DNA of 63,343 nt, filler included. It is 8 parts of 8 records of this genome, joined end to end, with 100 filler letters (N's around TTAATTAATTAA, not from the genome) between each part and the next. Parts side by side here need not be neighbours in the genome. Positions count along the whole stretch, not along the records: positions 33,220 to 41,638 come from SRR31147125_11740; positions 41,739 to 50,574 come from SRR31147125_11760; 6 more parts are not named here. The stretch is one strand, 5' to 3'. Position 1 is the first letter of the stretch; each line of letters opens with the position of its first letter. Position numbers and translations under genes: made by a program. Below the pieces are notes generated by a model. The model was not told the DNA's origin. It worked only from the letters and a program-made list of their open reading frames with translations, and did no database searches. Positions 39,981 through 50,674 of the stretch are shown piece by piece.

Positions 39981-40553
39981 TTACCCCTCCTTATTAACCT
40001 TTATTTCAAGTATAAAAAAATCATTTTCCGAATTAACATTTTGTATTTCGTGTTTTAGCTTATTTTTCGATTGCCTTGCCATTTGAATAAAGCCCAAGCC
40101 TGCTCCTTTTGAGTCTTCAGGTCTTGGCGCTCTTAATTTCTCTTTATAAAACTTCTTTAATCCTTGTTCATCTAAACTATTAACATAGTTGCATTTTTTA
40201 ATTACTGCATCTGTCTGAGATTTTTTTACCCAATTCCCTGATATAATTTTAAAACAGTCATCCGCTTCCATTATTATTATTATTCCATTTCCAACTTCAC
40301 TTTTATCAACTTGTTTCTTTTGAGAAGAATAATGTTGAATATTTTGAGCTAATTCAATAAAAATTGAATAAACTTTTTTTGCTATAAAATATTTTTCATC
40401 ATCAACACTCTCACTCTCTTCCATGGAAAGCTTCTCTTTAAGTGTTTCAACTAAATTTTTTAGAATTCCTTGCGAAAATTCACCATCAAATAATAAAATT
40501 ATTCTATTTTCCCTAATTGTCTGTTGAAGCTCAAATAAATCTAAGTTCTTCAT
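39981..40553 (-). CDS. siaB: SiaB-family protein kinase (DUF6272)
   Basis: FDGEFSQ, IFIELAQNI, IISGN, SKGAGLGFIQMAR. Confidence 0.88.
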   Translation of the reverse strand: MKNLDLFELQQTIRENRIILLFDGEFSQGILKNLVETLKEKLSMEESESVDDEKYFIAKKVYSIFIELAQNIQHYSSQKKQVDKSEVGNGIIIIMEADDCFKIISGNWVKKSQTDAVIKKCNYVNSLDEQGLKKFYKEKLRAPRPEDSKGAGLGFIQMARQSKNKLKHEIQNVNSENDFFILEIKVNKEG

Positions 40554-40876
40554 TTTAGACCCCTTTCAATAAGTTATAATTCATTAAATTCTATTCCCTA
40601 CAAAAGCTAAATCCCGTATTAATAAATGTATTTCATTTTTTTTAGCTCAAGTCATACATATATCTTAACTTTAATCAAATTTATTCGCAACACTTTTTTA
40701 CTGATTGATTCTATAAATTTTATAGATAAACATTCATATTTTATATCATTATATCATAATTCATTATTTGATCAAAGTATGTTTTAAATCAAATAATGAA
40801 ATTAATAATTGGACAAACTCGTCAAAATATTTTATACTAATTCTGTATAGAATGTTTATTTAGGGAGGTTGGAATA

Positions 40877-41638
40877 ATGGAAAAAATTGTTTTATCTGAA
40901 TTAGACCAGCAATTATTTGAAAAAGAGCTTGATGTCTTGATTAAATCAGAAGAAATCTGTGAGATATTAAATGACAGTGAACAATTAACTTTTGAAAAAC
41001 TATCGAATGAGTATTTTTCATTAAAAACCTCTTATGAGAAAATTCTTAGAGCTTGTATTAAAATTACAAATATAGGTGATATGAGTCAGCAAAAGTTATA
41101 CTTTGCTTTGAAAAAAATCAACCAGCAGAAAAATGACATACAAGATAGAAATGTAGAATTATATCAATTATCTATATCAGATCACCTTACTAAGATATAT
41201 AATAGAACCTTTGTTATTGAAAAATTTGAGGATGAATTCAGAAAATCAGAAATTGCCAAAAGTGATCTTTGTTGCATTTTATTTGATGTCGATCATTTTA
41301 AACTAATCAATGATAATCACGGACATCTAGTTGGCGATTTTGTTATTGAAAAATTAGCAGCTGTTATTAAAAATAAATTAGATGACAAATACTATTTTGG
41401 AAGATATGGTGGAGAGGAATTTCTAATTGTACTACCTCAATGTAGTATCCCAAAAGGAAGAGAGATTGCTGAGCAAATACGAAATATAGTTAAAGAAACC
41501 TCTTTTGTATACAACTCAATAGAGATTAAAGTTACCATTAGCTTAGGTGTAGCTGGAAATAAAGATAAAAGCGTAAGTAGTGTAGATAATCAATTAAATA
41601 ATGCAGATAAAGCTATGTATGATGCTAAAAAGCTTGGA
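40877..41638 (+). CDS. Diguanylate cyclase (GGEEF), SiaD-like N-terminal helical region; 3' truncated
   Basis: DHLTKIYNR, DVDHFKLINDNHGHLVGD, RYGGEEF, ADKAMYDAK. Confidence 0.9.
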
Positions 41639-41740
41639 NNNNNNNNNNNNNNNNNNNNNNNNNNNNNNNNNNNNNNNNNNNNTTAATTAATTAANNNNNN
41701 NNNNNNNNNNNNNNNNNNNNNNNNNNNNNNNNNNNNNNAA

Positions 41741-43675
41741 AAACGTGATGTTCTATATATATGTGGTTCGGATGAACACGGTGTACCCATTACTATCGCT
41801 GCAGAAAAAAAAGGTGTTACTCCCCAGGACATCGTGGATGATTTTCATTTTAGAAACAAAGCTGCTTTTGAAAAATTTGGAATGTCTTTTGACTATTATG
41901 GTCGAACCAGCTCCCAAATTCACAAGGAAACATCACAGGAGTTTTTTAAAAAATTATATAAACTTGGTATTTTCAAGAAAAAGGTCGAAAAACAGCTATA
42001 TGATAAGAAGGCTCAGATGTTTTTGCCTGACCGATATGTAAAAGGTATCTGTCCCGTCTGTTCCTATGATGAAGCATATGGCGATCAATGTGAAAAATGT
42101 GGTTCATCACTTTCTCCAACCGAATTGCTGGAGCCCAAAAGTGCTATTACAGGTGAAAAACCCGTGCTTAAAGAGACGACACATTGGTACTTGCCTCTTG
42201 GCGATTTCCAGGAGCGTGTTGCAAACTGGATCAAAACCAAAAAACACTGGAAGGCAAATGTTCTTGGGCAGGTAAAGAGCTGGTTAAACGATGGTTTGAG
42301 TGATCGTGCTGTTACGCGTGATTTGTCATGGGGTGTTCCCGTACCTATTGAGGAAGCGCAAGGCAAGGTTTTGTATGTCTGGTTTGACGCTCCGATAGGA
42401 TACATTTCAGCAACCAAAGAATGGGCGATGAAAGAGGGGCAGCCAGAGAAGTGGAAGGAGTACTGGCAGGATGAAGAAACCAAGCTTGTTCATTTTATCG
42501 GTAAAGATAATATTGTTTTCCATTGTATCATGTTTCCGGCCACTTTAATGGCGCATGGCGATTATGTTGTGCCTGAAAATGTGCCTGCGAATGAATTCCT
42601 GAATTTGGAAGGGAACAAGTTATCGACAAGTAAAAACTATGCCGTATGGTTAGAAGATTATCTTGAAAAGTTTTCAGTCGATCCGTTGCGATACTATATT
42701 TCGATTAATGCGCCTGAAACAAAAGATGCTGATTTTACCTGGCAGGAGTTTCAGCAAAGAAATAATAACGAACTTGCTGATATTGTTGGTAATTTCATCA
42801 ACCGGACATTAACATTTGCGCAAAAACATTTTGATGGTATAATACCTGCCTGTGGGGAAAAAGACGCGCTGGATAAATCCATGTTAAAGATATTAAAGTC
42901 TGCTCCCCAAAAAATAGGACAATTTTTTGAAGAGTACGAAATCAGAAAAGCCGTAAATGCGTTTATGGATGTGGCCCGCTTTTGTAATAAATATTTTAAT
43001 GATCAGGAACCCTGGCTGACTGTTAAATCAGATAAACAAAAATGTGCCACCACCATTCATATATGCATTCGAGCCTGCCGGGCACTTGGCGTACTCATGG
43101 AACCGATTTTACCAAATTCCGCGGAAAAAATATGGATGATGTTAGGCAACGAGGGTGATGTCCATCAACAAAACTGGGACAATGAGAGTGATTTCGAGTA
43201 TGCCTCTGGCCATAAATTGGGAAAAACAGAGATATTATTCAGAAAGATAGAAGATGATGAGATAAAGGTTGAGATAGATAGATTAGAGAAAATAGCAGCA
43301 AATTTGAATGGTCAAAATGAGGAGACAGGTATCATTAAGGAAGAAACACCCAAAGTCACGTTTGATGATTTTAGTAAACTAGACCTGCGCGTTGCTCGTG
43401 TCATCGAAGCGGAAAGAGTAGAGAAAACAAAAAAGTTATTAAAACTCAAATTGGAAATCGGTGGAAAAGAGAGACAAATTGTCGCCGGGGTTGCGGAACA
43501 TTATAGCGCTGACGCGTTAGTAGGTAAACGGATTGTTATTATCGCTAATTTACAGCCCGCAACAATAAGGGGAATCGAATCCAATGGCATGCTCCTGGCT
43601 GCTGAGGACGATGATGGACAGTTGAGTCTATTAGGACCGGATAAAGATATAAAAACAGGTGCAAAAATTCGATGA
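41741..43675 (+). CDS. metG: Methionine--tRNA ligase with C-terminal tRNA-binding domain, 5' truncated
   Basis: Upstream in-frame YICGSDEHG; YVWFDAPIGY, FIGKDN, KLSTS, LDLRVA...GIESNGM. Confidence 0.98.
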   Translation, partial: KRDVLYICGSDEHGVPITIAAEKKGVTPQDIVDDFHFRNKAAFEKFGMSFDYYGRTSSQIHKETSQEFFKKLYKLGIFKKKVEKQLYDKKAQMFLPDRYVKGICPVCSYDEAYGDQCEKCGSSLSPTELLEPKSAITGEKPVLKETTHWYLPLGDFQERVANWIKTKKHWKANVLGQVKSWLNDGLSDRAVTRDLSWGVPVPIEEAQGKVLYVWFDAPIGYISATKEWAMKEGQPEKWKEYWQDEETKLVHFIGKDNIVFHCIMFPATLMAHGDYVVPENVPANEFLNLEGNKLSTSKNYAVWLEDYLEKFSVDPLRYYISINAPETKDADFTWQEFQQRNNNELADIVGNFINRTLTFAQKHFDGIIPACGEKDALDKSMLKILKSAPQKIGQFFEEYEIRKAVNAFMDVARFCNKYFNDQEPWLTVKSDKQKCATTIHICIRACRALGVLMEPILPNSAEKIWMMLGNEGDVHQQNWDNESDFEYASGHKLGKTEILFRKIEDDEIKVEIDRLEKIAANLNGQNEETGIIKEETPKVTFDDFSKLDLRVARVIEAERVEKTKKLLKLKLEIGGKERQIVAGVAEHYSADALVGKRIVIIANLQPATIRGIESNGMLLAAEDDDGQLSLLGPDKDIKTGAKIR

Positions 43676-44460
43676 GTTCAGCTATAATTGATACACATGC
43701 TCATCTGGATTTTGATCGTTATGACTCAGATCGTCAAAATACGATATATCGTGCCAGGGAAGCAAATGTCAAAGGTATTATTAATGTTGGGATTGATCTG
43801 CCAACAACGCTAAAGTCTATCGAACTGGCAGAAAAGTATACAAATATATTTGCAACAGCAGGAATTCATCCTCATGATGCCATTGATGCCACGGATGAGG
43901 ATATTGAAGCTCTACGGGAATTACTTTATCATCCCAAAGTTGTTGCCATAGGTGAAGTCGGACTCGATTTTTACCGCAATATTTCCCCGCCAGATGTTCA
44001 GCGTAAACTTTTTCGCATGTTTATGGACTGGTTTTTTGAATATGATCTTCCGCTGGTCATTCATACCCGGGATGCTGACGAAGCGATGTTGTCTATCCTG
44101 AAAGAGAAAAGTAAAAGAGGCTGGCGTGGTGTTTTTCATTGTTTTGCAGGTGATCAACGGATGGCTGCGCAGGTGTTGGAGATGGGATTTCATATATCCT
44201 TTACAGGAAATATAACATTTAAAAATTCCAGTTCTGTGCATGTCATGAGAGAAGTGCCCATGGACCGGTTGTTGGTAGAAACAGATTGCCCTTTTTTAAC
44301 ACCAATGCCACATCGTGGCAAACGAAATGAGCCTGCATACGTGAATTTTGTTGTTGAAAAAATCGCAAATGTTAAAGAGCGGACACCTGATGAGGTAGCT
44401 CAAATTACGACAAAAAATGCCCAGGAGTTATTTGACATTCAGCTAATTGAAGAGGTTTAA
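43672..44460 (+). CDS. tatD: TatD family hydrolase
   Basis: DTHAH, GIHPH, IGEVGLD, IHTR, FHCF, ETDCP. Confidence 0.95.
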   Translation: MSSAIIDTHAHLDFDRYDSDRQNTIYRAREANVKGIINVGIDLPTTLKSIELAEKYTNIFATAGIHPHDAIDATDEDIEALRELLYHPKVVAIGEVGLDFYRNISPPDVQRKLFRMFMDWFFEYDLPLVIHTRDADEAMLSILKEKSKRGWRGVFHCFAGDQRMAAQVLEMGFHISFTGNITFKNSSSVHVMREVPMDRLLVETDCPFLTPMPHRGKRNEPAYVNFVVEKIANVKERTPDEVAQITTKNAQELFDIQLIEEV

Positions 44461-45245
44461 TGCGAACGGTTCAGATTAAACCAAAACAGAGTCTGGGGCA
44501 AAATTTTCTGGTCGATCAAAATGTAGTAAGAAACATTGTCGAGTCCCTTGAATTAAGTAAAGATGATTTTGTACTGGAAATTGGCCCTGGTTTGGGCGTG
44601 ATGACGTTGCTTGTCCAGCCCCTTGTCAAAAAGCTTGTTGCTGTGGAAGTTGATAAAAGACTGGCTGAAATTTTGATAGAAAACTTTGCCGGTCGCGAAA
44701 ATTTTACATTATACCAGGAAGATTTTTTAAAGTTTGATACAAGATCGTTAAATTTCCCGACTCCCATGCGCATTATTGGAAATATTCCTTATCACATTAC
44801 GAGTCCTATTATATTTAAGGTATTTGAGGCCCGGGATCATGTCAAGGACATGACATTGCTCATGCAACGTGAGGTCGCCGATCGAATCGTAGCAAAACCA
44901 AATTGCAAGGCTTATGGTATATTATCAGTCATCAGCCAGGCTTACACAGATGTAAAAACTTTGCTTCATGTACCTCGAACGGTTTTTTCACCGCGTCCCA
45001 AGGTTGATTCCAGTTTGGTAAGATGGACATTTACCAATGAAAGGGCAGCACAGATAATTGATCATCAATTTTTTCGGGATGTTGTACGCCGTGCATTTGG
45101 GCAACGACGTAAAATGTTGCGTAATTCCTTAAAGGATATTTTACCGGAGGAAGGATCTGTTTCTATTGAATTAACCCGGCGGCCCGAGCATTTGAGTGTC
45201 AATCAATGGATACAGTTGTCAAATGAGATTGCGAGATTGAGCTAG
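44460..45245 (+). CDS. rsmA: 16S rRNA adenine dimethyltransferase
   Basis: LGQNFL, EIGPGLG, GNIPY, PRPKVDS, QRRKMLRN. Confidence 0.97.
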   Translation: MRTVQIKPKQSLGQNFLVDQNVVRNIVESLELSKDDFVLEIGPGLGVMTLLVQPLVKKLVAVEVDKRLAEILIENFAGRENFTLYQEDFLKFDTRSLNFPTPMRIIGNIPYHITSPIIFKVFEARDHVKDMTLLMQREVADRIVAKPNCKAYGILSVISQAYTDVKTLLHVPRTVFSPRPKVDSSLVRWTFTNERAAQIIDHQFFRDVVRRAFGQRRKMLRNSLKDILPEEGSVSIELTRRPEHLSVNQWIQLSNEIARLS

Positions 45246-45457
45246 TCAGTAAAAATGTTACCTGTATGAAGGTGTCTTTTAGTGGGATAATTAACTTAAA
45301 TCATCATCACCATTGTACATGCTGACTTTTTTCATAGATAGTTGAGGTTAAAGGATCAATCAATATAGCCTCTGCTTAAAGTGTCGTCCTGGAAAAATTG
45401 AAAAAAATCCTGATAAAAAGTAAAGAGTTTAAACATCCCACTTAGGATTAGGTAGTT

Positions 45458-46816
45458 ATGGAGATTCAGGATAGAAAAGAGATTGTCGAAAATGTAAGTT
45501 ACCTGATAAAGGTAAACGATACTCCCAAGATTAAAAACCTCTTTGTTGACACGCATCCTGCCGATCTGGCGGATATCCTCCGAGACCTGGAAGAGAGTGA
45601 ACGCGACATTATTTTCGACTTGCTTGATCCACAGACAGCCTCCGATGTGATGCTCGAATTGGATGAAGTTTCCAGGGAACAGCTTATTGAAGATTTAGAG
45701 CCGGAACGTCTGTCGGAAATTGTCGATGAAATGGATTCCGATGATGCGACAGATGTTGTCTCAGAGTTACCCAAGGAGATTGCTGAAAAAGTTCTTTCAA
45801 ACATTGATGCTCATGATCGATATGAAGTTGAACAGCTGCTTACACATGATGAAGAGACAGCCGGTGGTATTATGGCGCTCGAATTTGTGGCTGTATACGA
45901 TGATGAGACTGTTGATGATGCGATTCAGGAAATTCGACAGAAAACCCAGGAAGTTGAAAATGTCTACAATGTTTATGCTATAGATCGTGGTGGCCGGCTT
46001 GCAGGAGTTGTTCCATTAAAAAAGTTGATATTAAGTAATCCCAAGAGCCTTATCCAGGATATTATGAACTCGGATGTCGTATCTGTGATAACGGATATGG
46101 ATCAGGAGGATGTGGCTAATATTGTTCGTAAATATGATCTCGTGTCTGTCCCGGTCGTGGATACATATAATCGACTGGTTGGTCGCATCACTATTGATGA
46201 TATCGTTGACGTCCTGCATGAAGAGGCGACAGAAGATATCCAAAGAATGGCGGGTATTGCTGATGAAGAAATTTTACAGGAAATGTCCACTTTTCGGATT
46301 TCCCGTTATCGTCTGCCCTGGCTTGTTGTCTCTTTTGTCGGAGAATTAGGCTCTGCCTTGCTGATGCGTATGTATCAGGCAACTCTTGAGCAGGTAGTGG
46401 CAACGGCTTTTTTTATCCCTCTTATAATGGCCATGGGAGGTAACGTCGGCATTCAAGCCAGTACCATTGTTGTTCGTAGTCTTGCACTTCAGGAAGGAGG
46501 TACTACTGACAAGTGGAGCCGGCTCATAAGGGAGATCCGTGTCGCTCTTTTGAACGGATTTATTCTGGCACTGGTTATATTCGTTATCATATATCTGGTG
46601 TTCAGTGAGAATCCTCAATTTGGCATTGTCATTGGAATGGCTTTAATGGTTGTGATGTTAAACGCCTCTATTATAGGGGCTGTTGTTCCTATTGTTTTAA
46701 ACAAATTCGGGATTGATCCGGCAATTGCTACAGGCCCATTTATCACGACATTTAATGATATATTAGGTGTGTTTATTTATCTTAGTATGACGATGATCTA
46801 TATCAAATGGTTATAA
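45458..46816 (+). CDS. mgtE: Magnesium transporter MgtE
   Basis: HPADLAD, TAGGIM, CBS pair, RLPWL, MGGNVGIQ, DPAIATGPFITT. Confidence 0.97.
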   Translation: MEIQDRKEIVENVSYLIKVNDTPKIKNLFVDTHPADLADILRDLEESERDIIFDLLDPQTASDVMLELDEVSREQLIEDLEPERLSEIVDEMDSDDATDVVSELPKEIAEKVLSNIDAHDRYEVEQLLTHDEETAGGIMALEFVAVYDDETVDDAIQEIRQKTQEVENVYNVYAIDRGGRLAGVVPLKKLILSNPKSLIQDIMNSDVVSVITDMDQEDVANIVRKYDLVSVPVVDTYNRLVGRITIDDIVDVLHEEATEDIQRMAGIADEEILQEMSTFRISRYRLPWLVVSFVGELGSALLMRMYQATLEQVVATAFFIPLIMAMGGNVGIQASTIVVRSLALQEGGTTDKWSRLIREIRVALLNGFILALVIFVIIYLVFSENPQFGIVIGMALMVVMLNASIIGAVVPIVLNKFGIDPAIATGPFITTFNDILGVFIYLSMTMIYIKWL

Positions 46817-46831
46817 TGAGTAAAAAGTATT

Positions 46832-47611
46832 ATGGCCATAAATAAAGCAAATGCAATTATATTGCATAGCCGAAAACAGGGTGAAACGAGTAAAATATTA
46901 TCGATTTTCTCCCAAAATTTTGGTAAATTAAGTGTTATGGTCAAGGGCTCCCGGAGCATCAAATCTCGTTATTGGGGTGCTTTGGAAGTTTATAATTATG
47001 TGTCGATTGTGTTTTATCGAAAAGAGACACGTGATTTACAATATGTTAGCAATGCCGAAATTATAAATCATTTTCCCAATATTCATAGTCAGCTTGGGAA
47101 AATGGCTTTGGCTGCTATACCGTGTGAGATTATTGAAAGAACTGAAGAGCGGGAACATAATAATCCAAAACTTTTCACATTGCTGTTAGAAACGTTTCAG
47201 GCTCTGGAGAAAGAAGAAACGGGTTTACGTAATATTATTCGTTCTTTTTTGGTGAAATTTTTAGATATTTCCGGATTCAAGCCAGAGATGTCAAAGTGTC
47301 ATGAATGTGGTAAACAGCATCCAGACGGCCAAGTCTATTTTGGTTTAGATAAAGGCTATTTTACCTGTCAGGAATGCGGGATCCCAAACGGAGTAGATAT
47401 ACAAATATCCGGCTTTGCTGTTGCAACCCTGTATTGGCTGCAATCCGTAGCCGTGGGTGAGGCTTACCGGGCAAAAGTGAATGCCACAGTAGGTAAAGAA
47501 CTGGATAGTTTCCTATTGACTTATTTGCGTTATCATATGGATAATCTGGATACCATAAGATCTTTTAACCATCTGGAGAAATTAAAGTCTAACCTTTCAA
47601 ATTTTAAATGA
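46832..47611 (+). CDS. recO: DNA repair protein RecO
   Basis: AIIL...GETSKI OB fold, GFKP..KCHECG...CQEC zinc motif. Confidence 0.93.
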   Translation: MAINKANAIILHSRKQGETSKILSIFSQNFGKLSVMVKGSRSIKSRYWGALEVYNYVSIVFYRKETRDLQYVSNAEIINHFPNIHSQLGKMALAAIPCEIIERTEEREHNNPKLFTLLLETFQALEKEETGLRNIIRSFLVKFLDISGFKPEMSKCHECGKQHPDGQVYFGLDKGYFTCQECGIPNGVDIQISGFAVATLYWLQSVAVGEAYRAKVNATVGKELDSFLLTYLRYHMDNLDTIRSFNHLEKLKSNLSNFK

Positions 47612-47653
47612 AGATAATAGAGTGAATGGAATCATAATTAAAGGAAATTGAAT

Positions 47654-48988
47654 ATGGCGAAAAAACCAGCAACCGTCATGGATAAGTTAATATCCTTATG
47701 TAAGAGAAGAGGCTTCGTTTACCAATCAAGTGATATCTATGGCGGATTAGCCAGTTGTTACGATTACGGTCCTCTTGGCGCTGACCTGAAGAAAAATGTT
47801 AAAAATTTTTGGTGGAAATGGATGGTACAGAACCGGGATAATATTGTTGGTCTTGATGCCTCCATATTAATGGCACCACGCGTGTGGGAGGCATCCGGTC
47901 ACGTGGACAGTTTTACAGACCCACTGGTTGATTGCAAGCAGTGTAAGCATCGGTTCCGTGAGGATTTGCTTGAAGATGCCTCAAAATGCCCGGACTGTGG
48001 TGGTGAATTGACAGATTCGCGTCAATTTAACCTGATGTTTAAAACACATATGGGCCCGGTTGAAGATAGTGCAAATGCTGTCTATTTACGCCCGGAAACG
48101 GCTCAGGGAATTTATGTGAATTTTCTGAATGTGTTACAGTCTACCCGCCAAAAAATACCTTTTGGCATCGCGCAAATAGGTAAGGCTTTTCGTAATGAGA
48201 TTACAACGGAAAACTTTATTTTTCGAACTCGTGAGTTTGAACAGATGGAGATGCAGTATTTTGTAAAACCGGGTACGGATATGGAATGGTTTGAAATCTG
48301 GAAAAAAGACCGGTTTGACTATTACAAAGCTCTTGGTATAAAAGAAGAAAAACTTCGCTTCCATCAACACGGAGATAATGAATTAGCACACTATGCTTCT
48401 GCCGCATTTGATATTCAATACGAGTTTCCTTTTGGCTGGAAAGAGCTGGAAGGTATTCACAACAGAACAGATTATGACTTGAAGCAACACCAGGAATTTT
48501 CCGGAAAAGATCTTTCTTATTTTAACGATATTTCAAGAGAACGGTTTGTGCCATATATTGTTGAAACATCTGCCGGATGTGACAGAACCTTGCTCACTAT
48601 TTTGGCTGATGCTTTTGAAGAGCAGGAATTGGAAAAGGACACCAGAACAGTGATGCATTTCTCGCCTGCTATAGCACCGATCAAAGCAGCTGTTTTTCCT
48701 CTGGTCAAAAGAGATAATATGCCGGAAGTGGCAAAAGACATTGTTAATAAACTCCGGGTGCATTTTCCAGTATTTTATGATGAAGGAGGCGCTATTGGAA
48801 GACGGTATCGCCGGCAGGATGAGGTTGGTACTCCTTATTGCATAACAGTTGATACGGAAACACTGGAAAATCAAACAGTTACCGTTCGTGGCAGGGATTC
48901 GATGACCCAAAATCGACTGAAAATTGATGAGCTTTTTACTTTTCTATATAATAAAATAGAAAAAGGAGACAACTCGTCTCCTTTTTAA
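47654..48988 (+). CDS. glyQS: Glycine--tRNA ligase (homodimeric type)
   Basis: LCKRRGF, DYGPLG, WEASGH, LRPETAQG, FRTREFEQME, RRQDEVGTP. Confidence 0.97.
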   Translation: MAKKPATVMDKLISLCKRRGFVYQSSDIYGGLASCYDYGPLGADLKKNVKNFWWKWMVQNRDNIVGLDASILMAPRVWEASGHVDSFTDPLVDCKQCKHRFREDLLEDASKCPDCGGELTDSRQFNLMFKTHMGPVEDSANAVYLRPETAQGIYVNFLNVLQSTRQKIPFGIAQIGKAFRNEITTENFIFRTREFEQMEMQYFVKPGTDMEWFEIWKKDRFDYYKALGIKEEKLRFHQHGDNELAHYASAAFDIQYEFPFGWKELEGIHNRTDYDLKQHQEFSGKDLSYFNDISRERFVPYIVETSAGCDRTLLTILADAFEEQELEKDTRTVMHFSPAIAPIKAAVFPLVKRDNMPEVAKDIVNKLRVHFPVFYDEGGAIGRRYRRQDEVGTPYCITVDTETLENQTVTVRGRDSMTQNRLKIDELFTFLYNKIEKGDNSSPF

Positions 48989-49017
48989 AAAAATCGATAT
49001 GTAATAAAGAGTCGAAA

Positions 49018-50232
49018 TTATTTCGGCTCTTTATTATTTTCTTCAGGTTCTTCTTCCTCTGCTCCACCAGGGTATTCTAATATCTGGCGCAATCTTTTTA
49101 ATATATCTTCCATTCTCTCTCGTTCTTCACGAATTCTGTTTAGTTCCTGTTCAGCCGATTCCGTTTCCTGCTTTTCTTTTACTAATTCATCATAAAATTT
49201 ATTTTCAATCGGGGCAGAACCTACAGCCGCCCGTGATGCCTTTTTTTGTGATGAGGTTGGGGATAAACTCGTATCGGTGCGAATAAGTGAATAGGCAAGC
49301 CCTACGTTAATACGCCAACTAGGTAAATTGGGTACTGATTGCCATGGCTTGTTTAAAAAACTTCCATTCTTGGTTCCATATACTGTTTTATCGTCATCAC
49401 CAAGAATTCGGATATCAAAAGAAGCTCTTAATGATAAAGCAGGATTGGGTGTGTAACTGATACCCGGCGCAACAAATAAGCTGTTTTCACGGGTAAATGC
49501 TGTTACAGGCGGTTCATCGATAAAGTTTCTTCCGTATAATTCCATAAAAAAGCCAAATTCCTGCATTCTTTTGGAAAAAGAAAGACCATATATAATTTCC
49601 TTAGTGTCAGGATCGGCCGTAATAGTATCTTGTTCATTTTCAGTCAATCGTATGCCGACGTCATTATGATTAAAAATACCAAGATTGGCGTTAATGGCAA
49701 TGCCGGAAGAAGGGAAAAGCGGTTCTGAAACAATGGATAGTAAGCCTGTCAAACCAAGTCCGATTCTGTCTGCAGAATAGGGTTCCAGTGCAAGGTTGTG
49801 ATATTCTCCCGTTGGTAGTTTGATATCGAGTTTCATACCCAGTCGTAATGATCCGTTTTGAGCACCCAGAGAGCCTAGTTTGGCTGAGAGATATAGGTCG
49901 TCTGGAAAATTATAGCCATTGTTTTCCTTATGGGTATCCTGATAAAAAACCTGGGATAAACCAAGCTCTAATTTGGAGGTGAAGGCATAAACAATCCCTA
50001 AATTTCCCTGAATATCCCAAAAGGTTGTTCCTGAACTCTGGCCACCAGGTTGCTGAGTAACTTCGTCCTTGAAAAATGCGCGGGAATGAAAACCTACTTT
50101 TAAATTACCTTTGGTTGTTGTCCAGGCTGGCAAAACATTTAAAGCTCCGACTCCATAATCGATAGGGGAGGCGTAAACACAAGTTGAGATTGCCAGAAAT
50201 AAAATTGTTAACAAGGATAAAATATTTCTCAT
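49018..50232 (-). CDS. Hypothetical exported protein: probable beta-barrel plus C-terminal coiled coil
   Basis: Signal peptide; amphipathic strands ending WRINVGLAYS; then EKQETESAEQELNRIREERERME helix. Confidence 0.6.
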   Translation of the reverse strand: MRNILSLLTILFLAISTCVYASPIDYGVGALNVLPAWTTTKGNLKVGFHSRAFFKDEVTQQPGGQSSGTTFWDIQGNLGIVYAFTSKLELGLSQVFYQDTHKENNGYNFPDDLYLSAKLGSLGAQNGSLRLGMKLDIKLPTGEYHNLALEPYSADRIGLGLTGLLSIVSEPLFPSSGIAINANLGIFNHNDVGIRLTENEQDTITADPDTKEIIYGLSFSKRMQEFGFFMELYGRNFIDEPPVTAFTRENSLFVAPGISYTPNPALSLRASFDIRILGDDDKTVYGTKNGSFLNKPWQSVPNLPSWRINVGLAYSLIRTDTSLSPTSSQKKASRAAVGSAPIENKFYDELVKEKQETESAEQELNRIREERERMEDILKRLRQILEYPGGAEEEEPEENNKEPK

Positions 50233-50674
50233 GACCTCCACCCTTTAAATTAATCTTTCCTCAAATACTAAATTGGATTTAATATGATTCATTAAATGTC
50301 TTTTCTGTAGAATGGCTCTCATGAAATTGATTTATTGTAATTTAAGCTTTTTCACTTTAAAATGTAAGAAAAACACAGTATGTATGCAATAAATTTATGA
50401 ATGTTTTTATTATTTTTACCGAAAGGCCCCGGGATTTTATCGATTTGAGATATGAAATGAGTTGTTTTGACAAGGCAAATGATAAATTCGGACGTAAATA
50501 TATGGAGCCCATTTTAGAAGAACAGTGCTCATTGTTAATAATAAAAATAATTGAAAAATAATTGGAATAAAAAANNNNNNNNNNNNNNNNNNNNNNNNNN
50601 NNNNNNNNNNNNNNNNNNTTAATTAATTAANNNNNNNNNNNNNNNNNNNNNNNNNNNNNNNNNNNNNNNNNNNN

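Noticed and set aside
45246-45457. Mg2+ (M-box) riboswitch upstream of mgtE
   Set aside because: No recognisable M-box consensus, only weak hairpins; an Rfam search would be needed.
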